From an uncultured Bacteroidales bacterium (GTDB lineage Bacteria; Bacteroidota; Bacteroidia; Bacteroidales; PUMT01), in NCBI GenBank assembly GCA_964520585.1, contig CAZFOO010000004.1, positions 13,839 to 77,838 of the forward strand: a DNA stretch of 64,000 nt, read 5' to 3'. Positions 9,463 through 19,004 of the stretch are shown here, in pieces (the first letter of the stretch is position 1; each line of letters opens with the position of its first letter). The translations under genes were made by a program, and so were the position numbers. Below the pieces are notes generated by a model. It worked only from the letters and a program-made list of their open reading frames with translations, searched no databases and was not told where the DNA came from.

Positions 9463-10395
9463 TTATTCAAATTCAGCATTTTTTGCATTGCGGACTTTAC
9501 TGACAAAATCAGGTACTAGTTTTAATGGTTCATATGGCCTGCCGCTTTGCTGCAAGGTCTCAACCGGAACATACCCCCTGTAACCGCCCCGGTTAATGAT
9601 TCTCATTATTTTTTCCAAATCAACACTCCTATAACTGTCCCCGCCGTAAGTCCGCTCCTTTAATTGCCAGTTAACGGCATAGGGTATCATCCTTTCTATC
9701 TCTGCATAAGGGTCATCTGTCATAAAATAATAAGTGTCCAACACGAGACCTGCCCAATTTGATCCGACCAGGTTTAGCATCTCGATACACTGATCTGCAG
9801 TTCTAAGCATCCCGCCATGATTCTGGACTCCTATAATTACACCTCGGGCTTTCCCGTAATCTGCGCATTCTTTAATTGATTCTGCCGTCCATAATGCCAC
9901 TTCATGCCATCTGTGTTCATACCCGTCAGGAATATTACCTGGAAATACCCTGAGTACGGGAGCACCCAGTTTGGCTGCCACTTCGATCCAGTCTTTTACA
10001 AGTTGAATATCGGCTGCCCTGGCTTCGGGATCCGGGTTTGCGAAATTGGTCCTTACTCCTGTGCCGCTTATTGCAATCCCTAAGTTATGGGCCCTGAGTT
10101 TAAGCTCATAAATATATTCATCATCGGGAACATCAGGGTAACCCGGGAAATAATAACCTGTAGGATCAAGAGCATCAATGTCGTTTTCAGCACAGAAATC
10201 AAGCAAATCAAACAGGGTCATTCCTTTACCTTCTTCTTTGATGCCTTCGGTTAATAAATTGTTGAACGAATAAGCATTCAGTCCGATATGTATCCTGGCT
10301 TCTCCCTTGCGCTTAATTTTGTTCTGGCCATTTAAGCTGAGGGATGTAAATGCCAGGGTAATAACAGTGATTATTAAAAAATATATGCTCTTCAT
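9463..10395 (-). CDS. secreted sugar phosphate isomerase/epimerase (xylose isomerase-like TIM barrel)
   Basis: 310 aa with a Sec signal MKSIYFLIITVITLAFTSLSLNG. The pattern of LRVFPG, IGVQNHGG and VPVE is consistent with the AP endonuclease 2/xylose isomerase-like fold. Confidence 0.6.
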   Translation of the reverse strand: MKSIYFLIITVITLAFTSLSLNGQNKIKRKGEARIHIGLNAYSFNNLLTEGIKEEGKGMTLFDLLDFCAENDIDALDPTGYYFPGYPDVPDDEYIYELKLRAHNLGIAISGTGVRTNFANPDPEARAADIQLVKDWIEVAAKLGAPVLRVFPGNIPDGYEHRWHEVALWTAESIKECADYGKARGVIIGVQNHGGMLRTADQCIEMLNLVGSNWAGLVLDTYYFMTDDPYAEIERMIPYAVNWQLKERTYGGDSYRSVDLEKIMRIINRGGYRGYVPVETLQQSGRPYEPLKLVPDFVSKVRNAKNAEFE

Positions 10396-10407
10396 GTGTG
10401 TAGGGTG

Positions 10408-10466
10408 TAGTTAGCAATCAGGTTAACAATGTGTTGCTGATTTATGGTCTGGATATTTTGTATTTA
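10408..10466 (+). repeat. intergenic repeat family R3, copy 1
   Basis: TAGTTAGCAATCAGGTTAACAATGTGTTGCTGATTTATGGTCTGGATATT.. aligns at about 85 percent with 58645-58702. Confidence 0.7.
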
Positions 10467-10605
10467 AACCTATATGGAATCTCCATATCTTGTATATCCT
10501 GTTTTGTTTTGGGAAAAAACATGGATATTTCGTGGTTTTAGATACAGGTAATAAATAAGTTGACCGATATGCCTGTTTGGCTGCACGTTGCCACATTAAA
10601 GTTTT

Positions 10606-10905
10606 TTAATCTTCGAACTGAATTATGAAGATTTCCTCATTTTTACGTTTCATGAGATATTGCTCCCTTGCAAATTTTTCAAGATTCTCATTGTCGGTCC
10701 GTAGTTCATTCATTCTGGCAGAGTCCTGCCTGATCCGGTCTTGAAAGTAAATTTTATCTTTTTCGAGTTGCCGGATATAGCGTTGACTTATATAACGGTT
10801 GATAAGGTTGTTCTGGTCGAAAAAAAGTATCCATAAGAAGAAAACGAGTGAGGTAAGGATGAATTTATTCTTAAGGAAAGGGAGCATTTTTTTCCAGGCT
10901 CTCAT
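10606..10905 (-). CDS. FtsB/DivIC-like septum formation initiator
   Basis: 99 aa with a single N-terminal TM segment followed by a coiled coil. It ends NLEKFAREQYLMKRKNEEIFII, as in Bacteroidota FtsB-family proteins. Confidence 0.75.
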   Translation of the reverse strand: MRAWKKMLPFLKNKFILTSLVFFLWILFFDQNNLINRYISQRYIRQLEKDKIYFQDRIRQDSARMNELRTDNENLEKFAREQYLMKRKNEEIFIIQFED

Positions 10906-11002
10906 AACTCAGTTTTTTGTCTCTGATGCAAAAATAAGATAAAAAAAGACAGAATACTATGCTGATGAAAATCTTTTTGTTAACAAAGCCTGTGTCTGGC
11001 TG

Positions 11003-12634
11003 TCAATCTTCTTCCTGGTGCGGATAACGGTAATCCTCCGGTGGCAAAAATGATTCCTTTATGGTACGTGGAGAAACCCAGCGTTGAAGATTCAGAATTG
11101 ACCCGGCCTTATCATTGGTGCCGGAACCGCGTGAACCTCCGAAAGGCTGATGCCCTACCACCGAGCCTGTGGGCTTGTCGTTAATGTAAAAGTTCCCGGC
11201 GGTGTTTATCAATTTTTGCGAGGCCAGGTTTATAGGTGCTCTTTCCCTTGAAAAGACCGCGCCGGTAAGTCCATAAACTGAAGTCCTGTCAATCAGGTCA
11301 AGGGTTGCTTCGTAATCACTGTCTTCAAAGACATAAATTGTAAGTATCGGGCCGAACAGTTCGTGTATCATGGTAAAATGACACGGGTCAGAGGTCAGTA
11401 TAACTGTAGGCTCGATAAAATAGCCCTTCGATTTATCATAATTGCCACCGGCAATGATTTCAACCTCTTCATCATTTTTAACCTTGTCAATCACCTTGGT
11501 AAGTTTGTTGAAAGCTGATTCATCAATTACTGCGGTCAGAAAATTCGTAAAATCTTCCGGTCCACCAACCTTGAAGGAACCAATCTGCTCCAGCATGAGT
11601 TTCCGGACTTCATCCCAAACTGAACGTGAGATATATGCCCGGGAGGCAGCAGAACACTTCTGACCCTGATATTCAAATGCCCCCCTGGAAAGTGCTGTGG
11701 CCACTTGTGAGGGTTTTGCCGAAGCATGGGCAAGAACATAATCTTTCCCCCCTGTCTCTCCCACAATTCTCGGATAAGAGCGGTATTTATGTATGTTGTT
11801 GCCGATAGTTTTCCAGATGTCTCTGAATACTTCTGTTGATCCGGTAAAGTGTATTCCTGCAAAATCCCTGTGCGAAAAAATTATATCCCCTGCTACAGGT
11901 CCTTTCACATAGATCAGGTTAATAACTCCTTCCGGCAGGCCTGCCTCTATTAGTACTTCCATAATGATCCTGGCTGAATAGATCTGGGTATTTGCCGGCT
12001 TCCAAACCACAACGTTCCCCATCATTGCAGGAGCAGTTGGCAGATTACCCGCAATAGCAGTGAAGTTAAAGGGACTTAGAGCAAATATGAATCCCTCCAG
12101 GGGTCTTTGCTCAAGGCGGTTCCATGCATCAAGCGCGGATTTGGGCTGAAGCAGGAACAATTCTGTCATGTATTGTACATTGTACCTGAGGAAGTCAACC
12201 AGTTCGCATACGGCGTCTATCTCGGACTGGTATGCTGTTTTTGACTGTGCCAGCATGGTAGCGGCATTTATTCTGGACCTGTACGGCCCGGCTATCAGTG
12301 CAGCCGCCTTGAGGAAAATCGCTGCCCTTTCCCGCCACGGCATTGCGGCCCAGCTTTTTCGCGCCTTAATGGCAGAGTCTATTGCCATGGTAACATGTTC
12401 ACCCTCTCCCTGATGATACTGACCAAGTGAATGTGCAATATCATGAGGAGGTTTGATCTGAACAGTATTGCCGGTCCGCACTTCCCTGCCGTTTATGTAC
12501 ATGGGTATGTCCGCATATTCCGACCTGGCACGGCTTATCTCATCTCTTAATTCTTCTCTTTCTGGTGATCCGGGAGCATAATTTTTCGGGGTTTCATTAA
12601 CCGCCTCCGGCACTGAATAAATTCTCTGCTGCAT
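11003..12634 (-). CDS. pruA: L-glutamate gamma-semialdehyde (1-pyrroline-5-carboxylate) dehydrogenase
   Basis: 543-aa aldehyde dehydrogenase with VGETGGKD and GQKCSA catalytic motifs. The N- and C-termini are typical of PruA. Confidence 0.85.
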   Translation of the reverse strand: MQQRIYSVPEAVNETPKNYAPGSPEREELRDEISRARSEYADIPMYINGREVRTGNTVQIKPPHDIAHSLGQYHQGEGEHVTMAIDSAIKARKSWAAMPWRERAAIFLKAAALIAGPYRSRINAATMLAQSKTAYQSEIDAVCELVDFLRYNVQYMTELFLLQPKSALDAWNRLEQRPLEGFIFALSPFNFTAIAGNLPTAPAMMGNVVVWKPANTQIYSARIIMEVLIEAGLPEGVINLIYVKGPVAGDIIFSHRDFAGIHFTGSTEVFRDIWKTIGNNIHKYRSYPRIVGETGGKDYVLAHASAKPSQVATALSRGAFEYQGQKCSAASRAYISRSVWDEVRKLMLEQIGSFKVGGPEDFTNFLTAVIDESAFNKLTKVIDKVKNDEEVEIIAGGNYDKSKGYFIEPTVILTSDPCHFTMIHELFGPILTIYVFEDSDYEATLDLIDRTSVYGLTGAVFSRERAPINLASQKLINTAGNFYINDKPTGSVVGHQPFGGSRGSGTNDKAGSILNLQRWVSPRTIKESFLPPEDYRYPHQEED

Positions 12635-12888
12635 AGTAAGTGATAATTTTATTTAATTCATTGATCCTGTTGGTGAAAATTTTATATAAAGGATTTACGG
12701 AATTTTGACTGACAGGATGACCTGCTTCAGTTTACTACTGATCTTATTAACCGTCATTGTGAGTTTTCAGGGTCCCGATAAAACTAACAACCAACCTTGC
12801 AGTTTTGTTTAGAATATTCTCTTTTAACACCATTGTCTGAACCATTTCAATGTGGATCTGATGCGAAGAACGGAAACTGCTCTGACAT

Positions 12889-14160
12889 TTAATCAAATAA
12901 TCCGGGTAGAAATAATGATAGGGCAGGAACATAAGAAACCAATAACAAAACCAGCATGCTTACCAGAAGAAAAGGCAGTCCTGCCCTTGCTACTTTCTCA
13001 AGGGGAACTTTCCCTATGCCTGATGAAACAAATAAACAAACACCTACCGGAGGAGTGTTTAAGCCGATTATAAGGTTTAGTACAGCAATAACCGAGAATT
13101 GTATAGGGTCTATTCCTACAGAAATTGCAACTTTAAGTAGTATCGGATATACTATCAGGAGTGCTGCAATGGTTTCCATAAAAGAACCAGTAATAATAAG
13201 CAGAATATTGATCAGCAGGAGCAGGAGATATTTGTTTTGGGTTATGGTAAGAAGAAAATCTGCCAGATTCTGTGGAATTTTTTCGCTTACCAGTATCCAG
13301 CCAAACAAGTTGGCAAACCCTACCAGTATCATCAAAGAGGCTGTAGTCCCTGCTGAGGTTGTCATTACCTGTTGTATCCCTTTCCATGTGAGAGTTTTGT
13401 AAAATAAAGTACCTATCAGTAAGGCATATAATACTGCAACAACTGATGCTTCAGTTGGTGTAAATATTCCTCCGATTATTCCGAAAAGTATCAGTAAGGT
13501 CATAAAAATGGCCCAGAAAGCATGGATCAATCCACGTCCTCTTTGAGCCCATGTTGCCTTTTCCTGTTTGGGGTGATTTTTTTTAAGTGAAATGATGTAG
13601 GATACTACCATAAAACCGGCTGCCAGAATAAGTCCCGGGATTGCACCGGCCAGAAATAATTTGCCGATGGACAATCCTGTAAGTGAGCCTGCAATTATCA
13701 TGGGAAGGCTGGGAGGAATAATGGGGCCGATAGTTGAGGATGATGAGGTGACAGCACATGCAAAAGCGGTATCGTAACCTTCCCTTTTCATGGCAGGTAT
13801 CATAACCGATCCGATTGATGCAGTATCGGAAATTGCTGTACCTGATATTCCGGAGAATACCATTGAAGCGCCGATGTTGGCGAGTGACAAACCACCCCTG
13901 ATATGACCGAGAAAATTGTTACATAATTTTATTATACGGTCTGTCATGCCACAGCTGTTCATAAGGTTTCCCGCAAGAATAAATCCCGGAATGCTTAGCA
14001 GAACGAATACATCAATTCCTGAATACATTTTCAGGGGGATAATCACCAGCGGATAGCCTGCAGCAATTATATACACCAGGGTTGATATTCCTAATGCAAA
14101 CGCAACCGGAAAACGAAGGAAAAGCAGGATAAAAAAAAGCAGGAACAACAGCCACACCAT
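12889..14160 (-). CDS. dctM: TRAP transporter large permease
   Basis: 423 aa, polytopic, immediately downstream of the DctQ-like gene. Confidence 0.85.
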   Translation of the reverse strand: MVWLLFLLFFILLFLRFPVAFALGISTLVYIIAAGYPLVIIPLKMYSGIDVFVLLSIPGFILAGNLMNSCGMTDRIIKLCNNFLGHIRGGLSLANIGASMVFSGISGTAISDTASIGSVMIPAMKREGYDTAFACAVTSSSSTIGPIIPPSLPMIIAGSLTGLSIGKLFLAGAIPGLILAAGFMVVSYIISLKKNHPKQEKATWAQRGRGLIHAFWAIFMTLLILFGIIGGIFTPTEASVVAVLYALLIGTLFYKTLTWKGIQQVMTTSAGTTASLMILVGFANLFGWILVSEKIPQNLADFLLTITQNKYLLLLLINILLIITGSFMETIAALLIVYPILLKVAISVGIDPIQFSVIAVLNLIIGLNTPPVGVCLFVSSGIGKVPLEKVARAGLPFLLVSMLVLLLVSYVPALSLFLPGLFD

Positions 14161-14162
14161 AG

Positions 14163-14633
14163 TTATTTGGATTTTGTGCCTTTTACAGTATAATAAAGAT
14201 TCTCAAGGGTGAAAATGAAAATGGCAATACCCGTTATAGTAATACTCAGAAATATAAATGACATTGGTATCTGCAGGGCCGCCGATTTTTCATCCATTCC
14301 CAGCCGGATAAAATATAGACTTTGGGTAGTCAGGATAATCGAAAAGAAGATTGTTATGATCTCCGTAAAAAACTGGAGTATCCTTGATGAAACGGGTGAA
14401 AGATATTTCCCGACAAGATCCAGCCTGACAAAATCTCCCTGGTTAATAGCAGTACCCGTTCCAAAAGCAACTGAATAAATAAAGAATATTCTGGCAGCTT
14501 CTTCTGTCCAGTGAGGTGTAATTTCCAAAAAGAACCTGGAAAAGATCTGAACGCCTACCACCAGTATCATTGACGACAGGCTAAGGAGTGCTCCGGCAGC
14601 AAATAGCTTATGAACCTGTTTTAATAACCTCAT
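14163..14633 (-). CDS. dctQ: TRAP transporter small permease
   Basis: 156 aa with 4 TM segments, positioned between the DctP- and DctM-like genes. Confidence 0.8.
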   Translation of the reverse strand: MRLLKQVHKLFAAGALLSLSSMILVVGVQIFSRFFLEITPHWTEEAARIFFIYSVAFGTGTAINQGDFVRLDLVGKYLSPVSSRILQFFTEIITIFFSIILTTQSLYFIRLGMDEKSAALQIPMSFIFLSITITGIAIFIFTLENLYYTVKGTKSK

Positions 14634-15609
14634 TGCAGGTTGTTAAATTTGTTATTCTATAATATAAATGCTTATGCTCTTCCGGAAGGATATCCAGTAC
14701 AGTGGCTTCTGTTTTTTCCCTGAAAGCCTCTGTGTCTGGTTCAATAAAGATCATGCCTAGATTTTCCAGTTCTTCCCGTAAAAATTTTTCCTGTTTCTCA
14801 AATTCTCTTTGATGGTATGACTGCATTTCGGTGGCGGCATCCAGCACATTTTTCTGCAGACCGGAAGGTAAAGCCTGAAATTGTTTTTCGCCGATAACCA
14901 CATATGTCCAACCCGTCACATGCCCTGTAAGGTTGAGGTATTTCTGTACTTCGTAAAATCCGGCGCTGTAGATAAGTGCAAATGGATTTTCCTGTGCGTC
15001 AACGGTTCCCTGCTGCAAGGCTGTGAAAACTTCAGAAAAGGTCATCGGTGTGGGTTTTGCTCCGAGGGACTGCCACACTTTTACAAAGAGAGGCACATTG
15101 GGAACCCGCAGGACCATACCTCCCAGATCCTCAGGAGTATTAACGGGCTTATTGGATGTAAGATGACGCGGGCCCCGTTCAAAGTAACCAAGCGGCCGCA
15201 GACCTATAGTGTTGATCATCTCCTCTTCTATTTTCCTGCCTGTATCGCCCTCCACAACTTGTCTGAGATGGTCAGAGTCGCGTATAAGATAGGGAATAGC
15301 CAGAAATGCAGTGATTCCTGCCCAGTTTTGCATGCTTTCTGCGGTAATCGTCATTTCAACGATCCCTGCCCTGATACTGCGGATCATGTCCAGCTCTCCA
15401 CCCAGCTGTTCCGATGGGTAGATCCTCACTTCAATGCGCCCGTCTGAAAGAGAATCAAGAGCACGGGCAAAATAGAGGGCGGATTTATGCCAGACATCCT
15501 GCTCATTCGCCTGGTGACCGAACCGGAAAATATATTCGGGATCTTCCCTGCCGCTCCCGCATGAACAGAGGATTATTGCATAAAGAATTATATAAATGTA
15601 GATTCTCAT
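14608..15609 (-). CDS. dctP: TRAP transporter substrate-binding lipoprotein
   Basis: 333 aa with lipobox ILCSCGSG and a DctP-family body. It overlaps dctQ by 26 nt. Confidence 0.8.
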   Translation of the reverse strand: MRIYIYIILYAIILCSCGSGREDPEYIFRFGHQANEQDVWHKSALYFARALDSLSDGRIEVRIYPSEQLGGELDMIRSIRAGIVEMTITAESMQNWAGITAFLAIPYLIRDSDHLRQVVEGDTGRKIEEEMINTIGLRPLGYFERGPRHLTSNKPVNTPEDLGGMVLRVPNVPLFVKVWQSLGAKPTPMTFSEVFTALQQGTVDAQENPFALIYSAGFYEVQKYLNLTGHVTGWTYVVIGEKQFQALPSGLQKNVLDAATEMQSYHQREFEKQEKFLREELENLGMIFIEPDTEAFREKTEATVLDILPEEHKHLYYRITNLTTCNEVIKTGS

Positions 15610-15681
15610 GATTCTTCGTATTCAGCCATTTTCCCAGTATGTTTTTTGTTTCCCGGATCTGTATTATACACCTGGGTGATA

Positions 15682-15885
15682 TTATCCCCCGGAAATGAGA
15701 TGGATAACACTGACATTATCACCTTCTGCAATTGCTGTGGATTCATAATTTTCTTTTCTGACAAGTTTGTTATTTATTTTTATAACAAGCATTTTGAAAG
15801 TGAAATTTTTCTCAGTTAACAGTTCTCTTACTGTCATCTCTTTTTTATCAAATTCCTCCTCCCTGTTATTGAGTATTATCTTCAT
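15682..15885 (-). CDS. thiS: ThiS/MoaD-type sulfur carrier protein
   Basis: 67 aa ending in ISGG, the C-terminal Gly-Gly of ubiquitin-like sulfur carriers. Confidence 0.75.
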   Translation of the reverse strand: MKIILNNREEEFDKKEMTVRELLTEKNFTFKMLVIKINNKLVRKENYESTAIAEGDNVSVIHLISGG

Positions 15886-15939
15886 TATTGCCTGGATTTT
15901 AGTTTAAGGCGTGTTAATAACAGATATTGTTCTTGTTAC

Positions 15940-16539
15940 TTATGTTCCGGACTTCATTAAAAGAAGTTCAAGTACTTGATTGGCTTGCATATTTGCAACT
16001 ATACCCACTCTTGGAGCAAGTGGAGGCCTGTTTTTATCCGTTTCATTTTCAAAGTCCCCGCAAATATATATATTATCTGTTTTAACGGTCCTGAGTGTAT
16101 TATTGTTACCGAAACCTGCGATACCATTACCCATTACAAGATACTTGTCCCGCATGTTTTCAATGAAAGTTTCTGCAATCATTTTTTTCATCCCTGCAAG
16201 GTCAAAGGCCTCAACAACAATACTGCATGATTTAAATATCTGCGGAATATTATCGTAATCCAGTTTCATATCGTGCACTTCAACTTCTGTTCCGGGATTT
16301 ATTATGCCGATATTTTCTTTAAGGGCGATTACTTTCTTCATGCCTATCTGACCGGTAAAAAAGTATTGCCTGTTTAGGTTGCCCTGAGTTATTATATCAA
16401 AATCGGCAATTACCAGTTTCCCTATGCCAACCCTTGAAAGTGCAACTGCGCAATTGGATCCTAGTCCCCCGCACCCCGCAATTCCTACAGTCTTAATGCT
16501 TAAAATGGTTTTTATTTCTTCAAAACTGAGTTCTATCAT
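15940..16539 (-). CDS. thiF: ThiF/MoeB-type E1-like adenylyltransferase (short form)
   Basis: 199 aa with the GCGGLGS nucleotide-binding loop and DFD..NLNRQ motif. Confidence 0.75.
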   Translation of the reverse strand: MIELSFEEIKTILSIKTVGIAGCGGLGSNCAVALSRVGIGKLVIADFDIITQGNLNRQYFFTGQIGMKKVIALKENIGIINPGTEVEVHDMKLDYDNIPQIFKSCSIVVEAFDLAGMKKMIAETFIENMRDKYLVMGNGIAGFGNNNTLRTVKTDNIYICGDFENETDKNRPPLAPRVGIVANMQANQVLELLLMKSGT

Positions 16540-16759
16540 TCTTGTAATTATGATATGGTTTTCAAAAGTAATAAAATATCAATAAATCGGGTATTTACGG
16601 TTCCCGGATTTCATTTCATGACCGGTCCGGGTTTGTGCCGCCTGTCATCAAGTCCCGGGCAATGTATGTATGATGATAATAATCATTTGAAAGCATTTGC
16701 CGTTACAATAATTTTAACACCTGAATGGGTTAAATAAAATACATAAATGACAAAATTTT

Positions 16760-18919
16760 ATGGAAGTTCAGGAGCTTAAAAAAGAACACAGGTTAATATC
16801 AGAATTTGATTACAGTATCACTCCCCTGGACAAAGGGTATACTGACAAGATCCTTTATGTGAACCTTAGTCAAAACGATATCAGGGCCAAAGATGTTGAT
16901 CCTTTGATGAAAGAGAAGTTTATCGGGGGCAAGGGATACGGACTGAAGCTGCTCTGGGAAGCCACCACTTCGGAAACCAAATGGAATGATCCGGAAAATG
17001 AGATCATCATCAGTGGGGGACCTATTTGCGGTATTACCCAGTATTCCGGTGCGGGGAAATCGCTTGTCGTGTCATTGTCACCACAGACCGATTCGGTTAT
17101 GGATAGTAACGTTGGTGGCTTTTTTGGTCCCTTCCTGAAATTCGCAGGATTCGATGCTTTTGAACTTCAGGGCAAGGCAGAGAAGGATGTTGTTATATAT
17201 ATTGACGGAATTAAAGGCCGGGTTGAGGTCTTTGAAGCACCCAAAGAAGCTGTTGATACCCATGTGCTTGCCGAGCAGCTTACCGAAATGTTTGCCGAAA
17301 ATGAAAAGGAAAAGAAGAACATCGGCATTGTTTCCGCCGGGGCAGCTGCAGATCACTCACTGATAGGAATGTTGAATTTTACATTTTACGACCCCAAAAG
17401 GAAAGCCATAAGAGTTAAACAGGCCGGTAGAGGAGGTATTGGTACAGTTTTCCGTGAAAAGCGTGTAAAGGCCCTTGTGGTGAAAGTGCCGGGAATCAAG
17501 GGTAATGCCAACAATGTGGTAGATCTTGCTGCAATTCGTGAACGAGGCCGTCGCTTTAATGAGGAAATGCGCCGTTTTGATGACGAGCAGGCAGAGATGA
17601 GGACTAAAGGAACTGTTCACCTTTCAAATATTATGAATGATTATGACCTGATACCGGTACATAACTTTAAGTTCGGCTCACATCCCGATGCCGGAAATAT
17701 ACACTCAGATGTATACAAATCTCTTTTTACCCAGGGCATTCCCGACGGTTGCTGGATAGGATGTAATATGTCCTGTTCAAAGGGTGTTGATAACTATGAA
17801 TTACGTACCGGACCTTATGCGGGGCAAAAGGTTATTGTCGACGGACCTGAATATGAGACCGCTGCTTCACTTGGAACCAACCTGGGAATTTTCAATCCTG
17901 ATTTTACGCTTGAGGCAAATTTCTACTGCGATACTTATGGTATTTGTACAATAACATGGGGTACCGTAGTCGGGTTTATTATGGACTGCTTTGAGAACGG
18001 TATTCTGAACGAGGAGCGCACCGGGGGTCTGAAAATGAATTTTGGAAATGCCGATACAGCGATGGAACTTCTTCACCAGCTCGCCAGGGGAGAGGGGTTT
18101 GGAATAACTGCCGGCATGGGTGTACGAAAGATGAAAGAGATGTTTGCCTCAAAAGGCTGGGGTGATCCAGCCTTTCTACAGGATATCGCCATGGAAAACA
18201 AAGGTCTTGAATATTCACAGTATATGTCAAAGGAATCACTGGCACAACAGGGCGGTTATGCTATGACCAATAAGGGACCGCAGCATGATGAGGCCTGGCT
18301 GATCTTTATGGATATGGTGAATAACCAGATCCCCACATTTGAGGATAAGGCGGAAGCACTCCACTATTTCCCGATGTTCCGGACATGGTTCGGCCTGGTT
18401 GGTTTGTGCAAGCTGCCCTGGAATGATGTTGAGCCCGAAGGAAATGCAGAAGCAGATGAGCCGGCGAAGGTGCCCGAACATGTTGATAATTATATAGCAA
18501 TATATAAAGCCGTTACCGGAAAACCTTTTGACAAGGATGAGCTGATGAGGCAGACCGAGCGGGTTTACAATTACCAGCGCATCTTTAACCTGCGGCGTGG
18601 TTTTGGCACCAGGAAATATGATGCCCAGCCATACCGGGCGGCCGGCCCTGTAACAACAGAAGAGTATGAATCAAGGCAGGAACGGTATGATAATCAGCTC
18701 GAGGAGTTAATGAATATTGATCCTTCAGGAAAATCAACGGAAGAAAAAATAGCACTGCACCGCAAATACCGTGAAGACCGGTATGAGAAGCTCTTGGATG
18801 CTGTATACCTGAGAAGGGGGTGGACCAAAAACGGTGTGCCGAAAATTGAACATCTGAAAAAGCTGGGCATGGATCTTCCTGAAGTGATTGAACTGGTAAA
18901 GGATCACCAGGAGGATTGA
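16760..18919 (+). CDS. aor: aldehyde:ferredoxin oxidoreductase family (tungstopterin) enzyme, long form
   Basis: 719 aa with an AOR-type N-terminal domain (KILYVNLS...GGKGYGLKLLWE) and AOR-like central/C-terminal domains (GPEYETAASLGTNLG, CDTYGIC). Confidence 0.8.
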   Translation: MEVQELKKEHRLISEFDYSITPLDKGYTDKILYVNLSQNDIRAKDVDPLMKEKFIGGKGYGLKLLWEATTSETKWNDPENEIIISGGPICGITQYSGAGKSLVVSLSPQTDSVMDSNVGGFFGPFLKFAGFDAFELQGKAEKDVVIYIDGIKGRVEVFEAPKEAVDTHVLAEQLTEMFAENEKEKKNIGIVSAGAAADHSLIGMLNFTFYDPKRKAIRVKQAGRGGIGTVFREKRVKALVVKVPGIKGNANNVVDLAAIRERGRRFNEEMRRFDDEQAEMRTKGTVHLSNIMNDYDLIPVHNFKFGSHPDAGNIHSDVYKSLFTQGIPDGCWIGCNMSCSKGVDNYELRTGPYAGQKVIVDGPEYETAASLGTNLGIFNPDFTLEANFYCDTYGICTITWGTVVGFIMDCFENGILNEERTGGLKMNFGNADTAMELLHQLARGEGFGITAGMGVRKMKEMFASKGWGDPAFLQDIAMENKGLEYSQYMSKESLAQQGGYAMTNKGPQHDEAWLIFMDMVNNQIPTFEDKAEALHYFPMFRTWFGLVGLCKLPWNDVEPEGNAEADEPAKVPEHVDNYIAIYKAVTGKPFDKDELMRQTERVYNYQRIFNLRRGFGTRKYDAQPYRAAGPVTTEEYESRQERYDNQLEELMNIDPSGKSTEEKIALHRKYREDRYEKLLDAVYLRRGWTKNGVPKIEHLKKLGMDLPEVIELVKDHQED

Positions 18920-19004
18920 ACAGGGGAGCCGGGTTTTGTCAAAATCAGATGCGACTTTCTGTTTCAGTCACTGACTTTACAGATGGGCTTTAATTAAAAG
19001 AATC

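Noticed and set aside
16540-16759. Possible Moco/Tuco riboswitch in the leader of aor (CCGG/GGG-rich hairpins).
   Set aside because: I cannot reproduce the conserved Moco motif core by eye. A cmsearch with Rfam RF01055 would be decisive; without it, no call.
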